From Macrostomum lignano (Eukaryota): a stretch of DNA of 64,000 nt. Where the stretch lies: positions 1-64,000 of the forward strand of contig NIVC01003088.1 in assembly GCA_002269645.1 (NCBI GenBank). Reading direction: 5' to 3'. The position numbers and the translations under genes are program-made. Within the stretch, counting starts at the first letter, position 1, and each line of letters begins with the position of its first letter. Below, one piece after another: positions 41,706 through 55,900 of the stretch. The notes below the pieces were generated by a model. The model was not told the DNA's origin. It saw only the letters and a program-made list of their open reading frames with translations, and searched no databases.

Positions 41706-42619
41706 CAACCTAATGTACATTTAAAATCACATTTAGCTCGTACATTTATAATCACCAAGAGAATAAAACAAATTTTGCAAAAGTACTGTAGGACAAACTG
41801 CTATAAATTTGAAATTTTCCAAAATAATGACCAAAACGTTCCATCTATGTACGGCTTTTATTGCCAGTAGTAATCTACATATTTATCTTCTGCTTGTCTG
41901 TGTTGCCCATTCATTCCTCATTGCTATAAATTGTACTTATTTTTTATCTACTTAAGAGTCCAGACTTGCCTACTGACAGTAATATAAATATTTATACTAT
42001 TTAATTATTCTCGCTATAGTCCTTTTAAATCTTAGATAAAGGCCAGTCTTAAATTCTGTATGATTTAAAGCAAATTTGTTGTGCTGACTTTTTGACAAAC
42101 CAATTGACAAATTAATACGGAGATAATTTAATTATTTTTTGTCTTTTATTGAGTTTGGCCAATTCTTTATCTTCTACTTTATATGAGCGTATGTCTCACG
42201 ATAGTGAGAAAATAATTGACCAGTTTTTCGTTTTGTATTTCCCGCTTTCATTTTGTAATTGCTTTCGCTATATTGTATTTTACAGTTTGAAAACCATTGC
42301 TATTTGTCACTATAATTATGTATTTGTTAGTATTACAGGTAAGCTAACAACATCATCTCTATGGTGTTTTAACTCCATTTTTATTCCATTAAATTGTGTA
42401 TCCTAAATGCCCTGCCATGTCATGTTCGGAATTTAATAACTATGCATTGCGTGTTTTATACAGATTTTCTCTTGCTGCTTTTTTATACTAGCCAGTTCAT
42501 TTGTCTTGCTCATGGTGCCCCCTTCGTTTTTTGTACTTTTTATTGCTTATTCCTGGAAACAGTTTACTGGTTGTGTATGCATGCTTAACAATCTGTTGAC
42601 ACCGAGATGTGTTTCTTTT

Positions 42620-43645
42620 GCTGAAAACCGGAAGTAGAGTTCAACACCCCCTATGATACATCAGATGCCAACCGGAAGTAGGCTTTAACAGTCCCCCTAT
42701 GATATATCAGATGCCAACCGGAAGTAAGGTTAACAGTCCCCCTAAGGCACATCAGTTGCCAACCGGAAGTAATGTTTAACAGCCCCCCTATGACACATCA
42801 GATGCCAACCGGAAGTAAGGTTAACAGTCCCCCTAAGGCACATCAGTTGCCAACCGGAAGTAATGTTTAACAGTCACCTAATAGTACATTAGATGCCAAC
42901 CGGAAGTAATGTTTAACAGTCCCCCTATGACACATCAGATGCCAACCGGAAGTAATGTTTAACAGTCACCTAATAGTACATTAGATGCCAACCGGAAGTA
43001 ATGTTTAACAGTCCCCCTATGGTACATCAGATGCCAACCGGAAGTAATGTTTAACAGTCCCCCTATGACACATCAGATGCCAACCGGAAGTAATGTTTAA
43101 CAGTCACCTAATAGTACATTAGATGCCAACCGGAAGTAATGTTTAACAGTCACCTAATAGTACATTAGATGCCAACCGGAAGTAATGTTTAACAGTCCCC
43201 CTATGACACATCAGATGCCAACCGGAAGTAATGTTTAACAGTCCCCCTATGACACATCAGATGCCAACCGGGAGTAATGTTTAACAGTCCCCCTATGATA
43301 CATCAGATGCCAACCGGAAGTAATGTTTAACAGTCCCCCTATGATACATCAGATGCCAACCGGAAGTAATGTTTAACAGTCCCCCTATGATACATCAGAT
43401 GCCAACCGGAAGTAGGGTTTAACAGTCTCCTAATAGTACATCTGTTGCCAACCGGAAGTAATGTTTAACAGTCCCCCTAAGGCACATCAGTTGCCAACCG
43501 GAAGTATGGTTTGGCAGTCACATAATGTACCAGTTGCTAAACGAAAGTTAAGGTTTAACAGTCTCCTAATAGTACACCAGATGCCAACCGGAAGTAGGGT
43601 ATAACTGCCCTATCAATAGTACATCATTTGCTAGCCGGAAGTAGA
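42620..43645. repeat. 46-bp minisatellite GCCAACCGGAAGTAATGTTTAACAGTCCCCCTATGACACATCAGAT
   Basis: About 22 units; nearly all contain ACCGGAAGT. Confidence 0.95.
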
Positions 43646-44475
43646 GCGCTTTCTTGCTGTATTTATCTGTGCATGTACATTGCTAGATTCTTGATAAATA
43701 TATTTATTAAATAAATGCTTCTGTAAGAGTGCTTATTAATAAGTTTATTACTAAGTTTTCAACAGTTTCTATCCGCTGCCGATTGACTGGTTTGTGTTAT
43801 TTATATTTTTTTCGCGTAGTCAATCAACCTACTGTCAGTACTATATGATAAATATTGATTATACTTTTTTTCTAGCTTGCTTATTTATTTAAATTTGCAC
43901 AAACCAGTTACATTAGTTCGTAAAATGCATATCTCAAATTTTTCCAAAGTTTTCAAAAACCTAACTTGGTTTTTTAAATGTCCTGGTGTCCTTTTTAAAC
44001 GAATAGAAACATCTCCTAGCAGTATGAGTACATCATGAACTTCGTTAAGTTAAATATTGATTACGCGGAATATTTGCACCTTAGAGATGATTTTGATAAA
44101 GACAATTTTTTAAATCTTATATCCACACGGAAACCAATGCCGTTATTATAATGTTGTACTTTCTACGTAAGTTGTTCAATATTTATATGGTTTATTTCCA
44201 TTAGTATCGAGTGTTTCCCTCCGATTCTTGTCTTTAATTAGGCGCAAATAAACTACTGAACTAGTGATGATAAGTAGTACTATATGTGTGTATCGGAGAA
44301 AATGAAAATAGTTAAATAAACTGATTAAAAGCATAACGATTTTTACTATCGCTATGTCTTGCAAGAACTTTTAATTTTTTCTTTTGTTATAGATAAGCTG
44401 GCTTATGTTTGCAGATGTCACCTTAGTGCACCTTGCGGCTTAATGATAACACCTGTTTCTATAGAATCTGACTCT

Positions 44476-44650
44476 GTGTGTCTGTCTGTCTGTCTGTCTG
44501 TCTTAGTGTCTTAGTGTCTTAGTGTCTGTCTTAGTGTCTTAGTGTCTGTCTTAGTGTCTTAGTGTCTGTCTTCGTGTCTTAGTGTCTGTCTTCGTGTCTT
44601 AGTGTCTGTCTGTCTTTCTGTCTTAGTGTCTGTCTGTCTGTCTGTCTTAG

Positions 44651-44687
<37 letters not shown>

Positions 44688-44985
44688 TAGTGTCTGCCTG
44701 TCTTTCTGTCTGTCTGTCTTAGTGTCTGCCTGTCTTTCTGTCTTAGTGTCTTAGTGTCCGTCTGTCTGTCTGTCTGTCTGTCTTAGTGTCTTAGTGTCTG
44801 TCTATCTGTCTGTCTGTCTGTCTTAGTGTCTGCCTGTCTTTCTGTCTTAGTGCCTTAGTGTCCGTCTGTCTGTCTGTTTTAGTGTCTGCTGTCTGTCTGT
44901 CTGTCTCTGTCTGTCTGCCTGTCTGCCTGTCTGTTTGCTTTCCTGCCTGTCTGTCTGCCTGCCTGTCTGTCCGTCTGTCATTCTG
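44476..44985. repeat. (TCTG)n / (TTAGTGTC)n compound microsatellite
   Basis: Direct inspection. Confidence 0.95.
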
Positions 44986-45258
44986 CTGTCTATTTTCTGT
45001 TTGTATACCAAGAACACGAGATTGCCGTGCGTCAGTTATTCATGGCCGCCCTGTTTCCTATACCCCATTATATGGCAGGTGTTTCTATTGAGCTTACTAT
45101 AATGCTTTATGAGGCTACATGATTTATTGAGTGCAGACACAGCTCTTCATTGCTACTATATAGTCTGGTTTAACTAACTTTATTGTTTTTTTCTTCAAAT
45201 TATTTTTCCCAGTCGTTTGCGGAGCCGAACTTCAGAAAAGCAGTAAGTTCTCCTTGGA

Positions 45259-47512
45259 ATGTTAATGACCTCGGCATTGTCTTCGATTAGTTTGTACACG
45301 TGGCTACTAATCGCTAGTTGCCGGTTGCCAGCCGGTTGCCATGCGATTTCGTCGGCTTCGTCGTCTGGAGGCCAGGCGCCGCTCTTCGTTCTGCTGCTAG
45401 ACGGCCTTCGCTGGGATTATCCGTTGGATTCCAATCTGACTGGCTTTTCTCGCCTCAGGCAGCGTGGCGCTTCCGTTCTGCCGTTGAGACCAGTGTACCC
45501 TAGCCTGTGCCTGCCCAACATCTACTCCATGTTTACCGGTGAGTTCTTTATTGCTTGAATCCTGAAACCGCGAATCCCAAAAATGGAAATTAAAAATCCC
45601 AAATCCCCAAAAATATTTAATCTGAGAATATCCCTAATCGTTAAAATCCCGAATCTAAGAATCCAAATCCTGAATCTGAGAATCCCTAATCCCAAAATCC
45701 TGAATCAAAGAATCCCTAATCCCAAAATCCTGAAAGAATCCTTAATCCCAAAATCCTGAATCAAAGAATCCCTAATCCCAAAATCCTGAATCTGAGAATC
45801 CCTAATCCCAAAATCCTGAATCTGAGAATCCCAAATCCTGAATCTGAGAATCCCTAATCCCGAAATCCTGAATCAAAGAATCCCTAATCCTAAATCCCAA
45901 ATCCTGAATCTGAGAATCTTAAATCTCAAAATCCGGAATCCGAGAATCCCAAATTTAAAATGGTCCAGTATCTAGGCATCTCAATTTCCAAAATCTTAAA
46001 AGTCTTAGAATCCGAAATCTGTTGAATCCGGAATTTCGAAATCTATGTTTATCAATACTAAACTTTATTAATTATTTCCTAAAATATCTACACTACTATT
46101 AGTACTAATTTGCATTCCTTAAGGCGTCTATCCTCACCATCACGGCCTGGTTGGCAATGAAAACTACGACCCATCGTTGGATGCCATATTCAATAAGAGT
46201 TCGCCCGGTCTGATGTCGCTTCTGCACACCGAACTGGGAGTTGAGACACTGTGGGACTCGCTTTCGAGGGTAGGCAGGCGCAGCCTGTTATATTACCTTC
46301 CCGGTTGCGCCTACTCTGGCAACTACGGTCCATCCGTGTGCGCCAGGCCCTATCGCACAATGGCCCCTTTAGAAGAGGTTCAATCGGCATTGTTAGAAGG
46401 TGAGATAAATATTGCCGATATGTTGAGTAGATAACTTTATAGATTGCTTTATACTGTTAGTAGTGTTTCTGGAACAATTTTCTATACCTTCTACTTTCAG
46501 TAGCTAAAATTCTGCAAATTAATTTTACTTTCCTCCATCAATAGTCTCAACATCTTATTTTCTACGCCCTGTTATTTTCACCTCGTCGATTGGTAAAAGC
46601 TAAACAAAAATTACACAGAAAAACTACTATAAGTACTGTAATTTATTGATATAAATAGAATTTGCCTTTTTTCTTTAGAACTCCCTGCCTTTGCGCCAAT
46701 ATGTTAGGTAAATACGTAACTTTCTTGTTAGTTAAAAGTACAACTATCATTGTTGCTGTAGTCAGTAGTCTGTTTTGGTCTTTCTTGACAATAAACTTTG
46801 CTCCGTAGTAGTAAATTAATAAATTTGTGAATTTGCCGATATGTAGAGTCGTTTAGATTTTTAGATAAAAACATTGTTAGCATGAAGATTCTAATTTCTC
46901 TACTGTTAGTAGCGAGCTAAGATATTTGTTACTAAATAATGTTAAACCAGCTGACTCATGACGCAATATGAAATGCACGCGCAGGAGCAAAATCGATGCG
47001 CAATGGCTACGCCGATTTAGTGGTGCTGTACGTCGATCTGCTAGACTGGGGCGGGCATCGGTTTGGCCCCGAGTCTGCCACTAATCGGCGCCGGCTTCTG
47101 CGTCAGATTGACGTGCTGGTCAGTTTGGCTACTAAGCAGATTGTTGACAGCGACTGGGGCGCCAGCGCCGGCGCTCACCTGCTGGTGATTGGGGATCACG
47201 GCATGTCCGGGGTGGTCAAGGCTGATCGGGCTGATCTGCAGAATTTCGCTAAGCACTCCGATGTGCTGCGGGTTGTGCACGTTGGGGCCGCTGTGGGCGT
47301 GTGGCCAGTGCCCGGCAAGAATCAGAGCCTGTGGCAGATGATGCAGGTGAGTGAGTGAGTGATTGAGTAAATGGCCGAGTGAGTGAATAAGTGAATAGAT
47401 GAATGAGTAAATGAGCAAGTAAACGAGGGAGTGTGTGAATTATTGAGTGAATGAGTGAGTGAATGATTAAGTGAATAAGCGAGTGAATGGTTTAGTGAGT
47501 GAGTGAGTGAGT

Positions 47513-47587
<75 letters not shown>

Positions 47588-48516
47588 TGAGTGAGTCAAT
47601 AATTGAGTGAGTGAATGAGTGAGTGAAAAAGTGATAGAATGGCTGAGTAATGAGTGAGTGAATGAGTGAGTGAATGTTGAGTGAATGAGTGAGTGAATGG
47701 TGAGTGAATGAGTGAGTGAAAAAGTGATTCAATGGCTGAGTGAATGAGTTCAGAGTGAATAAGTGAGTGAAAGAGTGATTAAAAGAGTGAGTGAATGGGT
47801 GAGTGAATGAGTGAGTGAAAAAGTGATTGAATGGCTGAGTGAATGAGTGAGTGAGAACGAACCCAACCCCATCGCCGCAGCTGATGCAGAGCCAGCACCC
47901 GCACGTGGAGGTGCTGACAGACGCCCAGCTGATCAGCCGTTTCTACCCTCGGGTGGCCAACCAGCCTGAGCAGCCGGCGGTCAGCGCCCGCCTGCCGCCG
48001 ATCTCTCTGCTGGCCGAGCCGGGCATTTTCGTAGAAACATTCCACCGGCACTATCCTAGCTATTCCAGCGGGCCGGCCAAGGGCTGGCACGGCTACGACC
48101 CGGTTGCTAAGGATATGCACACGGCAGTGTTAGTAGCCGGGCCTCTGGTTCAGCCTGGCAAACTCCTGAGCAATGCTACTATAGGCTTCGATGCAGTAGA
48201 GAGTCTGGATGTTTATCCGTTGATGAGGCGCCTGCTAGGATTGAAGGATAGCGAGCAGCATTATCGGAATCGGATCTGGCGACGTCAGAGCAGCTCTCGA
48301 CTGCTCAGCGACCTGCTGTTGAGGGCTGATGATGGTGACCCCGCCTCGGGTATCGAGAGGAAACACAACGACGAATCAGCGGCCCTGATGCTCGATAGAC
48401 TCAACGCCAAGTCGCCTACTTCCGGTGCAGAATCTGTAATCTGTCGGTCTTCTTCTAGTAGCAGTGCAGCGGCGATTCTGCTGCTGATGACGCTGCAGCT
48501 GGTTTTTGAACTCTGA
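45259..48516 (+). CDS. GPI-anchored ENPP-family ectoenzyme (ENPP6-like), about 517 aa; exons 45259-45538, 46124-46399, 46985-47346, 47881-48516
   Basis: Signal peptide, then LLLDGLRWDY, YPSLCLPNIYSMFTG|VYPHHHGLVGN, LDWGGHRFGP, IGDHGM and KGWHGYD. Ends in a Ser-rich spacer and hydrophobic C-terminus. Junction phases 1/1/0 are consistent. Confidence 0.9.
45640..45950. repeat. About 30-bp minisatellite AATCCCTAATCCCAAAATCCTGAATCTGAG (ENPP intron 1)
   Basis: Visible tandem units. Confidence 0.9.
47347..47855. repeat. (GAGT)n/(GA)n microsatellite filling ENPP intron 3
   Basis: Starts at the GTGAGT donor itself. Confidence 0.92.
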
Positions 48517-50289
48517 CAATTTTGCTAGTTGTTTCCCAGTGAGGATATTAGCTGAGTGCTTTATTGCACCGATATGGAGTGCATAGATGCATTGCTCAAT
48601 TCCGTCTTCTTCTGATTCTGCTTCTGCTTCTTCTGTAGCTGATTAGCTACTGTGTCAATATTTCTGTAGCCTCCAGCTCTTTCAAGCCCTCTTATACTGA
48701 GTCTCACTTTGAGCCTCTTCATTTCCTGCTCTACCATTGCTTCCATTCTCTACTTACTCTCCATTCTCTACCCACTCTCCATTCTCTACCTACTCTCCAT
48801 TCTCTACCTACTCCATTCTCTACTCTCCTGTCTTTACCCTCCTTTCACTCCCTGCCTCATTCTGATTTTGAACACCAAAGATGATTTATTTTCAACGCCA
48901 AGCATCTCTTTTACCAACGCATGCAGCGGTACACATTAATAAGACTGAAGGCTCCTTGCCTACATAGTTTTTCCTACAAATCTTTCGAAATGTCGTCAAT
49001 AATTAGCGGCATTGTATTTTAACTGACTTCTGACGGAGCTATAGATAATTTTTTATCAAATTACTTTGCGTTTTGCAAAGAATAAGAATTGCATTTGTTA
49101 AGCAAATTTAGACAAAAATTAATGGGGCTTATATGCGGTGTACAAGAATTGTTTATTTATGTGCACTTTATTTTGAAAAAAAAAGATTGCAAACCTGTTA
49201 GCTTGTATTTTCTGCTATTGTCACCCCTTGTGATTTTACATATTTATAATCTTATGCCCAAATTAGCTTCCACTGTTACTATGAAAAAGTTTACCTAATT
49301 TAGCTACTGTAAGTAGCATTCTTGAGTTTAGTAACTTAGTATTTATCTTTAAAAATTATGAATACAAATTGTCCCTTATAAAGTATCGAACTAAATTATG
49401 TAGCCCAAGCAAAATTATCTTTATTAATTAAATTAGCTACTGTCTACTCTTAGTAGCAATCTTTGTTTTATTAAGTAAATTAGTATATTATTGTATAATT
49501 TCTGTATGCATCTGCTTCGAATACTTTAGGTAGGTTTAGAATGGCTGTTTTACAGTTTGCCGTGTAGTTATTAACAAATTTTCATGTGATTTCCAATGCA
49601 AATAGCTTATTAGTATATTTGATTGTTTGAATTTTTTTTGCTTGAAGTTCTTTTTAGTTCATTAAATACTAGATTAATCTGTCAGTCTTTTAATTACCTA
49701 GGAATATTTAAGGTCACCAATACTTTTTCTCATAGCCAAGGTGCTCTTTTAAGCTTGAGTAAGCGCGCGTGCGTGAGTAGCAGTTTTTCTGTAGAACAGC
49801 AATTAGTTACAGTTTTAGAAAATTAACAAAACAGCGCGTGTTTTTTCTTCTTTCAATCTCTGCTTTTTTGTCTCGTGTCTGTCTATCCGGTCTGCTTCAG
49901 CAATTGACTTGTGCACACCATCATATATATAGTACTAATAGTAAGTAGTTGATATAAAATGCAGCTGTTGAATTATACTATTGATTCGATTCGAATCCGA
50001 ATACCTTAAGCATTTAATTGAGCTGGCTCAAAACTTTTATGTAGTTATAGATCATATTAGTTTTACTACTACTACTACTAATGATAATAATAATAGTTGT
50101 AGAAACATATTTTAGCTAACAAAATGGAGTAATTCATTCTTTTATTTTTTGCTTCTCACTTTACTTTTAGATTGATGTGTTAAAAAGTAATAATTAATTT
50201 CCCTGTCTCACCGCTGCACATTTGTTGTTTATGAGTGGTTTTGTAAGGGCAATTGAATGCACAGGCCCATGAATTTTTGCCTTACAGTG

Positions 50290-50645
50290 AGAGGCGGTCA
50301 ATGTACATTAGAGAGAGCGGGTCAATGTACATTAGGGAGAGAGGGTCAATGTACATTAGGTAGAAAGGGTCAATGTACATTAGGTAGAGAGAGTCAATGT
50401 ACATTAGAGAGAGCGGGCCAGCGTACATTTAGTGAGAAAGGGTCAATGTACATTAGAGAGAGTAAATGTACATTAGGGAGAGAGGGTCAATGTACATTAG
50501 GTAGAGTGAGTCAATGTACATTAGGTAGAGAGGGTTATTGTACATTAGGGAGAGAGAGTCAATGTACATTAGGAAGAGAGTCAATGTACATTAGGAAGAG
50601 AGGGTCAATGTACATTAGGAAGAGAGGGTCAAGGTACATTAGGGG
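50290..50645. repeat. About 24-bp minisatellite TCAATGTACATTAGG(G/T)AGAGAG(G/A)G
   Basis: Visible tandem units with the palindrome AATGTACATT. Confidence 0.9.
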
Positions 50646-51169
50646 AGTGGTCCTATATATTTAGTAAGAGAGTGAATGGGCTATATTATTCACGTTTGTT
50701 TTTACTTAATTACGCAATTGAACTAAACAGCTGAAGAGATAAAAGTTATTTTTCAATTAACTATTTGTCGTTTTTTGTTTTTCACAGTGAAAAAAAATAT
50801 TGAAACTTTGCAAATGTGGTCAATGCACATTCGCACGCGCCCACAGCATAGTTTAGCTTAGCTTAATATTTTAAATTTTAGTCGCGCCTTTCTGTCAGCT
50901 TTTTGATATTTTTCACTTCGTTTATTGTTTGTTTTATTCAGTTTAAACAACAGCACGAACAAATACACAAGGCAATCAATATGTTGGTTTACCTGGGCGA
51001 CCACAAGGTTGATTTTGGGTAATTTACTGCGAAAGCTGTTTGTTGCTTCCACCATGGTTTGGCCATTGCGCTTTTTTTGAACAACAAAACATTTCTGTGT
51101 TCTTTTCATTTCCCAATCGACATGATGTAAGCATGATGTAGTGATGTAGGCTTACATGTTGGTGTAAGC

Positions 51170-51790
51170 CATAGCTACCTGTAATAGCTGTCATTATGAC
51201 CGCAGCCATCACAGTGACCTGCAGGCTGCCATACATGTACATGTAGCTACCTGTGCTGTCCCTATGACCGCAGTCATCACTCACAGTGACCTGCAGGCTG
51301 CCATAGCTACCTGCGCTGTCATTATGACCGCAGTCACCAGTGACCTGCAAGAGCTTCCATAGCCACTTGTGCTGTCATTATGGCCACAATTGACATGCAA
51401 GAGCTTCCATAGCCACTTGTGCTGTCATTATGACCACAATTGACATGCAAGAGCTTCCATAGCCACTTGTGCTGTCATTATGACCACAATTGACCTGCAA
51501 GAGCTTCCATAGCCACTTGTGCTGTCATTATGACCACAATTGACATGCAAGAGCTTCCATAGCCACTTGTGCTGTCATTATGACCACAATTGACCTGCAA
51601 GAGCTTCCATAGCCACTTGTGCTGTCATTATGACCACAATTGACCTGCAAGAGCTTCCATAGCCACTTGTGCTGTCATTATGACCACAATTGACCTGCAA
51701 GAGCTTCCATAGCCACTTGTGCTGTCAATCCCTGTCATTATGACCACAATTGACATGCAAGAGCTTCCATAGCCACTTGTGCTGTCCCAT
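51170..51790. repeat. 50-bp minisatellite GAGCTTCCATAGCCACTTGTGCTGTCATTATGACCACAATTGAC(C/A)TGCAA
   Basis: About 9 homogeneous units plus a degenerate left edge. Confidence 0.92.
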
Positions 51791-52589
51791 GACCTGTAGG
51801 CTGCTGTCTATGTTCTTGAAATGCTAAACAATTGTGCAGCAAAGCGTTGAAATTTAAAGAATTAAGATGCTGCATCTGCTCATTAGCATCTAGGTGTTTG
51901 TACTGAATTTCTTACAAATTACAGGAAAGATATTTTACAATCGATAATCTCACACTAAATTCTCGAATCTAGAATAGAATGAATCCCACGTGAATCGATT
52001 TCGCCAAATTGGTCAATGAGTAACAGTTGCTAGTAGGTAATAAAGGTAGGTAATATAATAATAGGTAATAATGATTGTTAATCATCTTAACAAGTCAATC
52101 GAGAAAACAACTGAAGGACAAAGAATCATTCGGTTTAAAGAAACGTCAGCAATAGCAAAAAGGTGTTGCATTGAATCTTAACTGTTAATGCGGTTATCGA
52201 TTTGTGTATAATTTAAACAGCGAACTTTGATTCGGTACAGTGGCGCTACTTTTAATAATAATTTAGTTATTAGCGCCTTAAACAGCTGCGAGATTGCGAG
52301 ATTATTTACTTGAAAAAACAAACGCAATTTATAGAAAACTTTAACCGGGACAAGCAGCAATTTGAAGTTTAGAATTTTGAAATTTATTAATGAATAATTC
52401 AGGTCCAAATAGTTCAGCAGCTACAGAAATGAAGTAACTAAATAGATAATGACAATCATTATCGATACTTAATTAACTCACTAATAGCAACATAGTTCAT
52501 TTTATTAGTTTAAATATCGATTATCAGCATGCTGAAAATTGGAACCAATGGAAGCTATTCCTATAATCAATAAACGAAATCGATAGTTA

Positions 52590-52890
52590 ACAAAAATCGA
52601 TAATCCTGCCTAACACAATCCTGACACACTAAACCTGCTACTAACACAATCTAAACCCAATTAACAAAAATCGATAATTGCTACTAACACAATCTTAACC
52701 CAATTAACAAAAATCGATAATTGCTACTAACACTATCTAAACCTAATTAACAAAAATCGATAATTGCTACTAATAACACAATCTAAACCCGATTAACAAA
52801 AATCGATAATTGCTACTAACACAATCTAAACCCAATTAACAAAAATCGATAATTGCTACTAACACAATCTGAACCCAATCAGCGAAAACC
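52590..52890. repeat. About 43-bp minisatellite AACAAAAATCGATAATTGCTACTAACACAATCTAAACCCAATT just 3' of the ATIC stop
   Basis: Visible tandem units. Confidence 0.88.
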
Positions 52891-52912
52891 GATAATCGCT
52901 AGTCAATCTCGC

Positions 52913-55900
52913 TCAATGATGAAACAGCCTAGTATTAGAGAATGCGATCTCAATGCCGTGCTGACCGCAAGCCTCCAGCACTTCGGCGTCGTTAGCGGAG
53001 CCGCCCGGCGCCGACACAAATTTGACGCCCGACTTGGCCGCCCTGTCGATGCTGTCACGGAACGGGAAGAACGCGTCCGAACTCAGACAGACGCCCGTCA
53101 GCTTCTCCAGCCAAACCCGGCGCTCTTCCGGCCCCAGCGGCCGAGTAGCCGCGTCCTCCAGCAGCTCGGCATCGCCGGACAGCAGTTCGTCGGCAACGAA
53201 CCGATCGATATAATTAGCAATCTCCGGTCGTTTCACGCCGCGTTTAAAACGCAACTCAGCAGCCCTCGGATGCCGGCGCAGCCACCAATTGTCAGCTTTG
53301 CTGGCGGCCAGGCGGGTGCAGTGAACTCGCGACTGCTGCCCGGCGCCGATGCCCACGACTTGGCCGTCCTTGGCCAGACACACGCTGTTGGACTGCGTGT
53401 ACTTCACGGCAATGGTGGCCACAGTGAGGTCGCGGCGAGCGTCAGCGGAGAATTTGGCGAACATCTCCGCCGGGTCGATGCGAGCGTCGTTGCGTCGCTG
53501 GCGCAGGCGGAGGCCGAACAGGGTGCGCGATTCTTCCAGTGCTGCGGGTGGAATGCGCCGCTAAAATATGTACTTTTAGCTACTCAACTGAACTGACCTT
53601 TACTCACCCCTGGCTGCCATTTGAGACCTAAGAGCCGATGCTTACTGTCATTCTAAAGCCCAGTTTACGGTAATCTACTCGCTAATCTACACATCTACTC
53701 TCTCTACTTTGTCCATATCTATTTTATTCTCTCCCTATCTCCCTTATCTGCTCTCCAATCTCTCCCTATCGAGTCTCGAGTCTCTCCCTATCTACTCTCC
53801 AGTCTCTCTCTATCTACATTACAATTTCTACCTATCTACTCTCAAGTCTCTCTCTATCTACATTACAATTTCTACCTATCTACTCTCAAGTCTCTATCTA
53901 TCTACTCTCCAGTCTCTCTCTATCTACATTACAATTTCTACCTATCTACTCTCAAGTCTCTCTCTATCTACATTACAATTTCTACCTATCTACTCTCAAG
54001 TCTCTATCTATCTACTCTCCAGTCTCTCTCTATCTACATTACAATTTCTACCTATCTACTCTCAAGTCTCTCCCTATCTACATTACAATTTCTACCTATC
54101 TACTCTCAAGTCTCTTATCTATCTACCCTCAAGTCTCTATCTATCTACTCTCCAGTCTCTCCCTATCTACTCTCCAGTCTCTCTCTATCTACATTACAAT
54201 TTCTACCTATCTACTCTCAAGTCTCTCCCTATCTACTCTCCAGTCTCTCCCTATCTACTCTCCAGTCTCTCCCTATCTACTCTCGTCTCTCCCTATCTAC
54301 TCTCCAGTCTCTCCCTCATTTACTCTCCAGTCTCTCCCTCATCTACTCTCCAGTCTCTCCCTCATTTACTCTCCAGTCTCTTCCTCATCTACTCTCCAGT
54401 CTCTCCCTATCTACTCTCCAGTCTCTCCCTATCTACTCTCCAGTCTCTCCCTATCTACTCTCCAGTCTCTCCCCCATTTACTCTCCAGTCTCTCCCTATC
54501 TACTCTCCAGTCTCTTCCTCAGTTACTCTCCAGTCTCTTCCTCATCTACTCTCCAGTCTCTCCCTATCTACTCTCCAGTCTCTCCCTATCTACTCTCCAG
54601 TCTCTCCCTCATTTACTCTCCAGTCTCTCCCTATCTACTCTCCAGTCTCTTCCTCAGTTACTCTCCAGTCTCTTCCTCATCTACTCTCCAGTCTCTCCCT
54701 CATCTACTCGCCAGTCTCTCCCTCATCTACTCTCCAGTCTCTTCCTCATGTATCTCCTCCCGGCAACTCACGCGGCTGGAAGTCCGGATCCATAGCCAGT
54801 ATGCAATACTTGCCGCCCTTCTTCTTTTGCAACAATTCAAAGGCGTCGGGCTCGTAGCCGGGCGCAATAATTCCATCCGACACTTCCCTAGAAATCACCC
54901 TGGCCGTGGCCAGGTCGCACGGGTCGGACAGGGCGATAAAGTCGCCAAAGGAGGACATTCGATCGGCCGAGCGAGCTCTGGCGTAGGCAACGGCTAGCGG
55001 GGTCAGTTCGGCGGCGAGGTCGGCCACCATACAAGCAGCTGCAGTCTCCGGATCGATCGGCAGGGTGCCGATTGCCGCACCGGCAGGCGAGACGTGTTTA
55101 AACGATGCAGCGGCCGGGGCGCCGAGAGCTTCGCGCAGTTCTCGAACTAGTTGCCAGGCGTTCAATGCGTCTAGGAGATTCACGTAGCCTGGCGAGCCGC
55201 ATTTGGTTACTATGGGCAGGCTGAGGCCAAGCGGATGAGAGATGCTGGCCGGTACCTGATGGGGATTCATGCCGTACCTGGGTGGTGTAGGCGAATATTT
55301 AATTAGCTACTAAGAAATTACTTTCGATTTAGTATATGTGGACTAGGACATTCTGCCCTCTTTGGAGGCCGGAGGCGGTTAGTGTCTTGCAGCGGATAAA
55401 CAAAAACCAAATAAACACAAATAGAAAAAACAATGCGAATTTTGTTGAATTTGAAAATTTCCTACTTACCCTAACCCTAACCCAATTCCCATATTTTTAC
55501 TATAAGTAGAGTATTTAGCATGTAATTGTAAACGCAAAGTACCTATTCTGTTATTTCCACTGTATTTCTTCTGTATGTAGTAGATAAGCAATACGACAGA
55601 CCCTATTAACTCACCTTAACGGTATGAAATTAATATCCTGATATTGGCCAAAATAGGCCCGACCAAAATAGCCCGCAATTGCAGCATCGTAGTCAGACGT
55701 GTGACAGAATGCTTGAACAGCCAGCCGCTTTCGAGTGGCCGCAGTCACCTCGTGTCCGCCATCCGGAGCGGCCAGCTCAGTCAGGATGGCGTCATAGTCT
55801 CCGGGCTGGCAGACCACAACAACTCGACAATGATTCTTAGCGGCCGCGCGTAGCAGAGCCACGCCGCCGATGTCTACGCTTTCAATGGCTTGACTGGGAT

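Noticed and set aside
53709-54857. 382-aa ORF and other repeat-derived ORFs (13468, 15948-16951, 32802, 37622, 39855-40369, 41147-41870, 50257, 56751, 61106-61633, 62697)
   Set aside because: They are translations of minisatellites or microsatellites lying in introns or intergenic DNA.
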